From Ginkgo biloba (taxonomy: Eukaryota; Plantae; Ginkgophyta): a stretch of DNA of 18,064 bases. The stretch covers positions 374,273 through 392,336 of the forward strand of contig JANKJI020000001.1 in the NCBI GenBank assembly GCA_024626585.2, read 5' to 3'. Within the stretch, counting starts at the first letter, position 1; the number at the start of each line of letters is the position of its first letter. This document shows, piece after piece, positions 1-9,438 of the stretch. The translations under genes were made by a program, and so were the position numbers. Under the pieces are notes generated by a model that had not been told where the DNA came from, did not search any database, and saw only the letters and a list, made by a program, of their open reading frames with translations.

Positions 1-2416
1 AAATTAGTGGAACGATAAAAAGAGGCACAACCTATGAACTAGTGGAATGGTAAAGAGGGGCGCAAACCAATGGAATAGGCCTGATGATTTAGCCTCACAT
101 TGAATTTCTTTACTAACATTGTAGGTTACAAGACATCAAATCCTAATAATGCACCAAGAAAGAGGCAATATGAGCATCAATCATCCAACCTTTAGCATGA
201 GACATAAACATTGAACTATAGCTAGTTATCTCACTAGACACAATCATTTAGCATGCCCATATGTATAAAACACCTCAAGGGAGCATTAAATGATTCACCA
301 ACAAGCATAATTATTTAAACAAAAGAAAATGATATCGAATCAAACCAAGGTATACAACATTTGGATTAAAAGGTTGATGTCATCCAAATATAGTAAGCTA
401 GTTAATCGATCTCCCAACATCCATCAACACAAGAGCGAAGTACATACAACAAGAAGCAAGTCTTGCACTCTTTCCAATGGCACAAGATACTCGAAATTCA
501 AGACATACCCAATCGTCAAGTTTGGTGATCCAATGGAGACTCGTCTACATCTTCATTACAAATGGCAAATGTAAATAAACGACATAATAGGCAAATGGGT
601 ATCGACAAGAAACAACACCAGATCCAAGTTGCATCCATGGCTGAACAAATGAACACCCTCATGGCTAAATGATCAATATAACTAAGCAAATGGAACGAAG
701 AGCCACAAGCAATAAGATCCAAGATGATAAGACCAGTGACAACACCTCCTATTGTTAACCCAAGGGACTCCTCTCCGACGTGAGCAGCGTCGTCGACCTG
801 GGCCATCTCTTTCGGAGTGAAGTGGCATCTTCTCTCCAACAGACCCGCCGATAGCTCTGATCTCCTCCTCTTAACATGATAACCTCTTTGACGTGAGAAG
901 GACGCCCCAGATCCATGACTTCCAACGTGGAATGCCTCTGACAACCAACACTCTCCGACATATGCTCGCTCGCTGTAGTGAATACATGGAAACGCCTCCG
1001 GCAATCAAAATTTTGTTTGATGTCGGACGTATCCGACGTAGTATTCTTCCGATGACGATATGCAATTAGCTTGTCGATGGCAGATGAGTCGATGTATCTA
1101 ACATCCGATATCCGACATGTGCGCCACCCCCCAACATAAACACGAGGCCTCCTCCAACATGAAAAAAAAGAAAAATCCTCTGATATCTGGTGACGCCCTG
1201 CACTAATGGTGATCCTCCGACAACAAAATTTGAACCTCGACATGTAAAAAAAAACTTGTTGGTTTAAACACAATCGATATGAAGAACTCAGAGCCACATG
1301 GAAAAAAAATAAACTCATTGGGAGATAATCTNNNNNNNNNNNNNNNNNNNNNNNNNNNNNNNNNNNNNNNNNNNNNNNNNNNNNNNNNNNNNNNNNNNNN
1401 NNNNNNNNNNNNNNNNNNNNNNTGTCGGTAAGAGGTCAGGTGGGTCACTCAGAAACCATCCAACATTGATACTTAGTAAATCTTTCGCATTCCTCCGTCC
1501 CTCCAGGGATCCCATAGGCGTAGGTCAACAATCAGCACTTGGAGAGCCAAGTCCATCGTCTCCCAAATACAACCAATGTTGACATGCCTCTCATCCGATC
1601 CAGCGAGGATAACTAGTCTTTGACGCTCTCTCCAATTCAACTNNNNNNNNNNNNNNNNNNNNNNNNNNNNNNNNNNNNNNNNNNNNNNNNNNNNNNNNNN
1701 NNNNNNNNNNNNNNNNNNNNNNNNNNNNNNNNNNNNNNNNNNATGATAACTCTAAAAAAAGAAAGGATCCAGAAAGTAAGTGATCTAAAGTTTAGACCCA
1801 TGAAATCATTAAAACTCACTCCTCCCTAAAAGTAGAGAACCTAGCTACCATAATGGAGGGCATGGGAACTAGAGAGATTTAAGAAATGTTATAAGATGGG
1901 GAACAAATATGGAAGAGGATCCTAGGAGCTTAATACCTCCCACCTAATAACCAAAAAAAAACCCAAGNNNNNNNNNNATCTTATATGTGGATGTTATGGT
2001 CGAAGCCTATGATAAAACTTCTCCCTTAAAAAAAAATGGTTGGAACTTGAGAAATCTTTTACGTAATGACGTTATTTACATGCATATAATAAGTTAATGA
2101 ATCTTCTCCTTCTACAAGATCAAAAATATAATATGATAAACATCAATTGTGGATAAAGTAAGCTTTTCCACTATAGTTCAATGGTTGGTAAATATTTTGA
2201 AGAAATCTTGGCCATTATCAAATTCATTTTGGATGATGTTCAAAAAATAACCAATGGGCCAAAAATGGTCCATAGAGTTTTCCCTACACAAAGAGGTTGA
2301 CTAAATTTCATCAAAAGCATATGGTACTTGAGATGAAGAGTTTAGGGCAAGAACATGAAACTCAATATACCAAGCAACCCCTAAAACAAAAAGGACTTCA
2401 CTAGGTGTCCAATATG

Positions 2417-2664
2417 TGTTAGGAATTAAGAAATACTAATGTAATAAAGTGTCATTTTACGACACATTTATATTATATCATAGTTTGGATTTGGGGGTTG
2501 TTTTATTATTTTAATATATTGATTCGGTGCAAAGTAGTTATGTACGTTATGTGGTCTCTCACCTATTTATGAGGACCTTTGTTCCATGTCCAAATTGCAT
2601 GAGAGTCTATACATGTTGATGTTCAAATTAATACAATTCAGATTCCATGTCCAAAATCTTCACA
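2417..2664 (+). mobile_element. Putative 5' LTR (~250 bp) of an LTR retrotransposon, probably copia-type or TRIM-like
   Basis: Ends in ...TTCACA directly before a perfect PBS. A candidate start TGTTAGG at 2417 gives TG...CA ends. Contains a TATA-like CCTATTTAT and an internal direct repeat TTCCATGTCCAAA. The left boundary is inferred, and no partner LTR is seen. Confidence 0.55.
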
Positions 2665-2676
2665 TGGTATCAGAGC
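2665..2676 (+). mobile_element. Primer-binding site complementary to the 3' end of initiator tRNA-Met
   Basis: Exact TGGTATCAGAGC, the canonical plant LTR-retrotransposon PBS, immediately after CA. Confidence 0.85.
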
Positions 2677-2942
2677 AGCACTGAACTATGAAGGCCATGG
2701 TAGCAAATTCAGGAGAAAGAGATTGTAGCCCAATGGGGTACCACTGTGGAAAGCAATAGGCTTGGCAAGGGTTCGAGTCTTCCAAGCATGATCTTGAATA
2801 GAGATGGAAGCCCTGGCTGTGAGGTGGTGTCGAAGCTCTGGAATCTGCAAAAAAAAAAAAAAATGTCACTTATTGACCTGTTTTACAACAAATTCAAACC
2901 AAAAGGAGTTTGTAAGTATTCTATTTTGGACTCTACCATTAA

Positions 2943-3626
2943 AGGATAGGCCAAGGCTACCAATGCCATTTCAAAAGCCATTGCAGGAACATTGATCTAG
3001 AGGCCATCCTCACCATTGACGAAGCTTCAAANNNNNNNNNNNNNNNNNNNNNNNNNNNNNNNNNNNNNNNNNNNNNNNNNNNNNNNNNNNNNNNNNNNNN
3101 NNNNNNNNNNNNNNNNNNNNNNNNNNNNNNNNNNNNNNNNNNNNNNNNNNNNNNNNNNNNNNNNNNNNNNNNNNNNNNNNNNNNNNNNNNNNNNNNNNNN
3201 NNNNNNNNNNNNNNNNNNNNNNNNNNNNNNNNNNNNNNNNNNNNNNNNNNNNNNNNNNNNNNNNNNNNNNNNNNNNNNNNNNNNNNNNNNNNNNNNNNNN
3301 NNNNNNNNNNNNNNNNNNNNNNNNNNNNNNNNNNNNNNNNNNNNNNNNNNNNAATTGCAAATTATTTGGCCAACATCGGGACAGCCTTATCGACAGGTAT
3401 GGATACATGCAACACCATGATGGCTTCAATCATTTCACAACCATCCCTAATACACTGCCACTTCACATCATTAAAGGACTCTCTTATGCAACTGGGCTTC
3501 CATGATGATAGGCGATGTATTTTAGACTCTTTGGGCCCTTCGTGGACGACACTCTCCCCAGAACTACAACACCTGCAAGCTCTCTGCTCAAGCATCTCTC
3601 ATGGCCAACCAGCCAACCAGTCATAG
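2943..3626 (+). pseudogene. Degenerate RNase H domain (RVT_3/archaeal-type) remnant, probably the 3' end of an L1-clade LINE ORF2; middle hidden by a gap
   Basis: Left of the gap reads LTIDEASK (cf. first catalytic motif DGASKGNPG). Right of the gap reads IANYLANIG (cf. last motif ADxLAN). They are in the same frame across the 321 N, about 114 codons apart. A T-rich 3'UTR-like tract follows at ~4020-4400. Confidence 0.5.
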
Positions 3627-4607
3627 GTCTACCATAGGGCGGGAGGATGCCCAGCATGAACCAAAAGATCCATCAACTTACCAAGGCAAGCAAAATTTGC
3701 ATTGCCTTGCTAGGGAAATCTCTGACAACACTACTACCAGACTCTCAGTTGTTGAAGTTGCTTTGTTAGAAGTAGGGAACAAGATGGCCAACCTAAAGGA
3801 CGCGGTCCAATCTGCATCCTCTGCCTCCATACATATGATGCACAAGCTTTTACACCTGAATACCAGGGGGGTTTATATAGAGAACTGAAGATCACAATTG
3901 GCAACCTCCCTTAAGCTGAGGTATTAGCTCCAACAGACACTCCGAGAAGCAACACTCCCACAAATGTCGAACCAAATTCTCAACACAACAGAGACTAGGG
4001 CTTTATGTCCCTCTGCTCTCCTATTTTGTCTGTCATTTCCATCTTGCTTTAACTATGTATGGCCGTTTTGAGCTATCATGAAATGAGTTGGCTTTTGGTT
4101 TTGGTTTTTTTCTTTGGTTAGAAGCTAATGCTCCAATGTACTGGACTTAAAATCCCTCCAAATATTGGTCTCCTAGTTGTTTGGGGCATGTAGGTTTTCC
4201 AGTATATCAGTACTCTTGGTCAATTCAACAAGGGTATAATCTCCTAAGCATAACTCTGTAACTTCTATGTTCAAAATTGCTAAGCAGTCGCATATGTAAC
4301 TTTCTCACTTAAAAAAGTCTTCTACTTTGGACTCTTTCTAGTATACTTCTTTGAATTTTGAAGTCTAGAAGGATTTTGTATTAGTTGTGGTTGTAATCGT
4401 TANNNNNNNNNNNNNNNNNNNNNNNNNNNNNNNNNNNNNNNNNNNNNNNNNNNNNNNNNNNNNNNNNNNNNNNNNNNNNNNNNNNNNNNNNNNNNNNNNN
4501 NNTTTATCTCTCTACTTTATATTTTTCTACTTTGTTCTCATAACACACAACTTAATATTCTAAATATTCCACTAGACAATATTACAACATACATATTTCT
4601 AACAACT

Positions 4608-4838
4608 AAGAAGCAAACTAGGAAGCTAGTTAAAAGGCTTCGATGTGATAATGGTGGGGGATATTCCTCTAAGGCCTTTAAGAGTTTTTGCATCCAACAT
4701 GGTATAAAGTTGGAGTACACTATTCCTTATACTCCACAAAAAAATGGAGTTGTTGAGAGGAAGAACAGAACTCTGGTGGAGAGTGTTGGGTGCAAGCTAT
4801 AGAGTGTAGGTTTGCCCAATTCCTTCTGGGCGGAGACA
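4608..4838 (+). pseudogene. Ty1/copia integrase catalytic core (rve) fragment, inactivated
   Basis: Manual translation gives KKQTRKLVKRLRCDNGGGYSSKAFKEF, then a frameshift in the T-run 4685-4689, then CIQHGIKLEYTIPYTPQKNGVVERKNRTLVESVGCKL*SVGLPNSFWAET. This matches the copia motifs LRxDNGGEY, TPQQNGVAERKNRTL and LPxxFWAEA. In-frame TAG at 4800-4802. Confidence 0.92.
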
Positions 4839-5292
4839 GGCTTTATTTATGAAAATTGTATACTTGATTTGGGCACACAAGAACCATTACTTGTTTGAGA
4901 ATGTCTTGGCCAATCTAAACTATCAAATGACAAGTCTAATATATATCTATTGAGTTTGATTTATCCAAAATTTGCATAAATGACATCGTCTAGACATGAG
5001 ATATTTGATTGTAGAAACAAAAACCCTTAAAATAACTTATTATTCACATCAACCCAAAAACAAACTTAACAACATCAACAATCAACTATGATCAACAAGA
5101 TGCCCACCAAACTAAAAATGCTAAAAGGGAACTAGGTAATTTTGAGATATGTAGTCCTATCGAACCCTAGCTCACACCCTACTTTTTAGGGAATTAGGTA
5201 AGCATTTCTCTTCTCAACATAAACATGTGGTCAAAATAAGAAAATATAACTAAAACGGTTACTATGTCATCTCCATTCAATCTCCAATCCAT

Positions 5293-5411
5293 CTTCAAGC
5301 TTTATGAACCTGCAACTTATCCAACTATGACATGTGATCAAAATAAGAAAAAATGTTCCTTCAAGCTTTCTAAAATCCGTAGCTTATCCAACTATATCAT
5401 GATCAAAGAAA
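5293..5411. repeat. Imperfect tandem duplication, ~66-bp period
   Basis: CTTCAAGCTTT...CTTATCCAACTAT...TGATCAAA starts at 5293 and at 5359. A partial third copy ACATGTGGTCAAAATAAGAAAA lies at ~5223-5244. Confidence 0.7.
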
Positions 5412-5700
5412 GGACTACGGGAAAAAAGAATGTTCTTACTTGTATACAATAATAAATTATTGAAGTAGGCTATCACTTTTAAAAGCAACCCCGATGAAAT
5501 GCATAATGCCACTTAAAACAGGTTTAAACTCAAATCTCCAAGAGCAAACCCAATTAAAGATGAGTTCCCACATTATGTTAATGGCACCCAAGATAGCTTA
5601 AATTCATTATAACAAACCTAGTTCGACTTGGAATTACAAACCATATACCAACCTGTCTATCACGTTATATGCCTAACAAAAGCAAGTAATTCCTCGAAAG

Positions 5701-5855
5701 CTAATAGCGAATAGTTATGGGATCCAAGTTACACTTGTTTCCCATAACTCCCAATCAATAGGACAATTACTTAACTATTATCGTTACTTCTAATAGAAAT
5801 GAATGATTTGAAGAACCTAATAGCTAATAGTTATGGGACCAAAGTTACACTTGTT
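5701..5855. repeat. 39-bp imperfect direct repeat; the first copy overlaps a hairpin
   Basis: 5701-5739 vs 5817-5855 match at 36/39 by manual alignment. AGTTATGGGA (5713-5722) pairs with TCCCATAACT (5740-5749). Confidence 0.8.
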
Positions 5856-7722
5856 ACCTGCAAATGGGACAATCACCATGACAATAATTACTACCTACCC
5901 ACTGAGACAGCACTAGGAAAGAATTGAAACTATCTACCAATCACACACCCTTTGGCATAATGACGTGCACAACTTGCTTGCACATCATTAATTGAACACC
6001 TAATAATGTGATCACAATGGGTTAATGTGAGAGAATTCAACTATAATGTAATATGTTTACAATAGGTATCCTCCCTACAACATGCTTGTCCTCAATGCAT
6101 GCTTAGCAAGTGGAAGCAGGGAACTTTCCAAGGGTGGCAACAGTCTNNNNNNNNNNNNNNNNNNNNNNNNNNNNNNNNNNNNNNNNNNNNNNNNNNNNNN
6201 NNNNNNNNNNNNNNNNNNNNNNNNNNNNNNNNNNNNNNNNNNNNNNCATGTAATGTTAACATCAAAGTTCACTCAAATGAACCCATTTCCATGTCTCATT
6301 CCATTGCCAATCAGTTACATGATGTGTTTCCAATTTCTGTTTGCATATCAACTTTGTAGGTATGCTTGGCACTCAATGAAGTCATAGTTCTCACCTTCCA
6401 AAATATTTTTTTTCAAAACCTGCTCATGAACTCTGGATTGTGATTGTTATTGTTTCCTAGAGGAGAATGCCTAAGTTATGTATCTCTATCCTGAAAATCT
6501 CAGCCAATAGAATCACTAGGGGTTATTGTTTCCTTCCTTGTTCAAAAGATCCATCACATTACCGGTGCTTTCATAATTCTATTTTATGTGATTAGTGGTT
6601 TTAAGGCAAAATTTACTGAAAACTATAAACATTTGAGATTTAAGAAGATTCCCTTTCACTGAAAGAAGGAAAGAACTTTCAAAAAACTCCAGTCAATGAG
6701 AGCATAACCTGTCTCTGTAAAACAACATTTGGAAATGTTTCTTGCATTGCAGAAGTCACCAGCTTGAATTCTTACCAAGGGAAGCCCCCTTCATTGTGAT
6801 TGACCAGCATTAAACTCAGAATGGACTGATCTGCCAGTGTAAAAGGAGAACAAACCTAACTTTCAAGGAGCTACAACATGTTGTAGTTAAGTTCAAACAA
6901 AATATGCAGGAAATCCAGGATAACCAGCAGCACATTGAAGGACTGACAGAAAAGTATACAAAAGCTACTGAGAACAGTGTAAGCTGGTCCTTTTAGACTA
7001 GGAAAACGACCCAACAATTCCAAGAAGTCTAAGAGCATATGGGCAAAGAAGATCATGGCTACAATGTTGGTAACACTTTCATCACTTATAGGAAATCATC
7101 TAAGACCACACAACATCTTTCAACTACAAAATAGATGAGGATGTCTTTCCTTGATGAGCTCTTCCTTCAGAGGAGATGATGGATGAGAGATAGCACTTGG
7201 AGATCTCGCAATAGATATAACATATGATCATGCTTCTGTTCCAGTCCCTTACAATTATTGCCATGCTGAAATGCCAACAGTTTAAACCACTTGAGCCGCC
7301 AATTGCAATTTCACATCCTGTAATAAGAAAACCAGGTGCAAATGCAACTGTGCAAAAAATCAAATAGAAGGGCAGAGCATCCAAAATAAATTAACTTTCA
7401 CGTCTGTTCCAAATATTTTTAAGATGGATGAAGATAGTTACAATGGTCAACCAACCGATCAAAAACAAAGCATGTACAATAAAGGAGCAATGCCAGGAAT
7501 AATGAAAGAAAAATTGGAAGAAGTTACACAAGCGAAAATCCAGAAAGGAAAAATCACCATATCTGAAAGGATTCAACCAATTACCAGGCACCAGAAAATG
7601 CTAAACTGCTACAGCCCTATTTTCTGATAGAAAATTGTAGAGGACCACAAAAGTTCGGTCTGAACATACTTATGAACAGGTATTGAATTGAAAGAAAAGA
7701 TGAAGCCTTTTCTTGGTGGAAG

Positions 7723-7738
7723 AAAAAAAAAAAAAAAA
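7723..7738. repeat. A16 homopolymer (U16 in the PPR 3' UTR)
   Basis: Directly visible, about 33 nt downstream of the PPR stop codon on the minus strand. Confidence 0.9.
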
Positions 7739-7771
7739 GACTTTGTCTAAAGCAAGATGGTTCTTTCACAA

Positions 7772-9376
7772 TTAGTGATGATCCCCCTTCCTCTTCCTCG
7801 AAGCACGTTCAACTGAATCTTTCTTGTCTGCTTCAGAATAAGAAATCTTCAACTTCTTCAAAATCAAATCTGACACTTTGATTCCCTTCTCCATCATTTT
7901 TTCAACGTACATGTAGGCTTCTGTCCGCCTGCCATTGTCACAGAGGCTATTTATAAAAGCAGTGGCGGATTCCATGCTAGGAAAAATGCCCTTGCGGGTC
8001 ATATATTTCCAAATCATGGTGGCCATATCTAGATCTTTCATTATGGCCATTGCGTAGCTATCAGTATCTGGATCAAACTCGTTTTTAGTCATTTCCCGAA
8101 ATATACTGGCCGCCTCCTCCACTTTGCGGGACTTGATCAGGGCTTGAAAAATAGTATTGTAAGTCACAGAATCAGGAAATGCACCATTAAATACCATCCC
8201 GTCCAATAGACAGTAAGCATCTTCCATTTTCCCAGCAAAGCAATACGCACTAATCATTGAATTATAAGTGGTGGTGCTGGGGAAATGGCCATTCCTCATC
8301 ATTGCTTCAAAAATTAAGCTTGCTTCATCAGCCTTGTTTTGCAAAGAAAGAGCGTGGATTGCAGTACTAAAAAAACTCTTATCTGGATAGCAATTCCTAC
8401 TCCTCATGATGTGCAGAAACTTCAAAGCCTCATCCACTTGGCCTCCCTTGCAGAGAGTGCCCAAAAAGGCATTATATGCAGCTGTGTTGGAAGGATCCCA
8501 TCCGAGGCGCGCGACCATATCGCCAAGTGTTGTCTTTGCTTTGGCAGCGTCCCCTTCCTTCTCCCAGCCCTCCAAAAGAATTGCATAAGTGTCTGCCTCC
8601 GAAGGAAATTTATCTGCCATCTTCTTGCAAAACTCGGATGCCTTTGCTGTCAACCTGTACCTGCACAAAGCACAAAGAAGACAATTGAAAGCACCCATAT
8701 CTTGTGGGCATCCGTAATGCTCCATTACCTCGAAGGTCATTATCGCCTCGTTCGCTTTCTCTGCAAGTGCATAACAAGTGAAAACGGAAGCAAAAGTGTC
8801 CTTAGACAAAACTCCCTCATTTTTCATGGACTTGACTGCATCCCACATAGCATCAAATAGCTTGCTCTTCCCAAGGACATCGAGCAGCAGATTCCAGGCA
8901 TAAGGGCTGTGTCTATTGTCAAGCTGCAACCCAGCCCACTGGAAAAACTTCAGGGCGGCCGCAGCGCAATCATAGGATTTTTTCAGCACCTCCTCGACCA
9001 AATCCGTGGAAACCCTAATTCCGGACCTATTGAGCGCAAGTTCGATTCCTCCCACAGGGGGCGGGTTAATGAGTATTTGATTGATAAGTTCCACTTTCTG
9101 TTCAAAAGTATCGGCTTTAAGATTAAGCGGAATTGCAGGTTGTGGCACCAAAGGATTAGGGGTTTGTTGCGGTCCAGGCCCTAGAAGAGAGGGTGTAGGC
9201 CCTAGCAGAGAAGGTGCCGACGAGGTAGAGGCTACCGCTGGTAATATAGACGTTCTGGGCGGAGAAAATTGCAACGTTCCTGTCAGGCGACCCTGAACCT
9301 TCTCCATCAAACTCTTCTTCATCTTCTCCACCTTTCTCCGAACGGCCAAATCTTTGCTTCTGCTACTCCTGCCCAT
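7772..9376 (-). CDS. P-class pentatricopeptide repeat protein, 534 aa, uninterrupted ORF
   Basis: The first ATG is at 9376 (the ORF track's 9391 start is a TTG). About 10 tandem ~35-aa PPR motifs span aa ~159-503 (nt ~8902-7868), e.g. TTYNSMISAYCFAGKMEDAYCLLDGMVFNGAFPDS and VTYNTIFQALIKSRKVEEAASIFREMTKNEFDPDT. They are preceded by the LVEEVLK...ALKFFQWA...HS block common in plant P-class PPRs. No PLS pattern and no E/DYW domain. Confidence 0.96.
   Translation of the reverse strand: MGRSSRSKDLAVRRKVEKMKKSLMEKVQGRLTGTLQFSPPRTSILPAVASTSSAPSLLGPTPSLLGPGPQQTPNPLVPQPAIPLNLKADTFEQKVELINQILINPPPVGGIELALNRSGIRVSTDLVEEVLKKSYDCAAAALKFFQWAGLQLDNRHSPYAWNLLLDVLGKSKLFDAMWDAVKSMKNEGVLSKDTFASVFTCYALAEKANEAIMTFEVMEHYGCPQDMGAFNCLLCALCRYRLTAKASEFCKKMADKFPSEADTYAILLEGWEKEGDAAKAKTTLGDMVARLGWDPSNTAAYNAFLGTLCKGGQVDEALKFLHIMRSRNCYPDKSFFSTAIHALSLQNKADEASLIFEAMMRNGHFPSTTTYNSMISAYCFAGKMEDAYCLLDGMVFNGAFPDSVTYNTIFQALIKSRKVEEAASIFREMTKNEFDPDTDSYAMAIMKDLDMATMIWKYMTRKGIFPSMESATAFINSLCDNGRRTEAYMYVEKMMEKGIKVSDLILKKLKISYSEADKKDSVERASRKRKGDHH
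9176..9217. repeat. 21-bp tandem duplication within the PPR N-terminal coding region
   Basis: AGGCCCTAGAAGAGAGGGTGT / AGGCCCTAGCAGAGAAGGTGC (18/21 identical); encodes APSLLGP-TPSLLGP on the minus strand. Confidence 0.9.
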
Positions 9377-9429
9377 GATAATGGACCTCAAAAGCTCTCA
9401 AGATTTGAAAACACAAGATGGGGGCTTGT

Positions 9430-9438
9430 TCTTACCTG
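9430..9438 (-). other. Consensus 5' splice donor CAG|GTAAGA in the PPR 5' leader
   Basis: The minus strand reads CCTCAG|GTAAGAAC, with the G of GT at 9435. Usage is not shown. Confidence 0.45.

Noticed and set aside
516-1318. Minus-strand ORFs of 162 and 187 aa
   Set aside because: No recognisable motifs; the GC-richer repeat-like DNA lowers stop frequency.
1203-1829. ORFs spanning N runs (also at 3010-3429, 6075-6387, 10865-11330 and 15106-15390)
   Set aside because: Their length is an artefact of untranslatable gap characters.
6980-7090. C-box-like GTGATGA (minus, ~7086-7080) suggesting a C/D snoRNA
   Set aside because: No CTGA D box or terminal stem within the following ~120 nt.
7124-7627. 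Short ORFs (86, 66, 67 aa) downstream of the PPR gene
   Set aside because: No family resemblance; the region looks like UTR or intron sequence.
9010-9018. Telo-box AAACCCTAA
   Set aside because: It lies inside the CDS about 360 nt after the ATG; a single short match explained by codon usage.
8339-9296. Plus-strand ORFs of 60-173 aa overlapping the PPR gene
   Set aside because: Antisense shadows of the PPR CDS with no recognisable domains.
9377-9391. ORF-track N-terminal extension MRSII of the PPR protein
   Set aside because: It starts at TTG; in a plant nuclear gene the first ATG (9376) is the default start.
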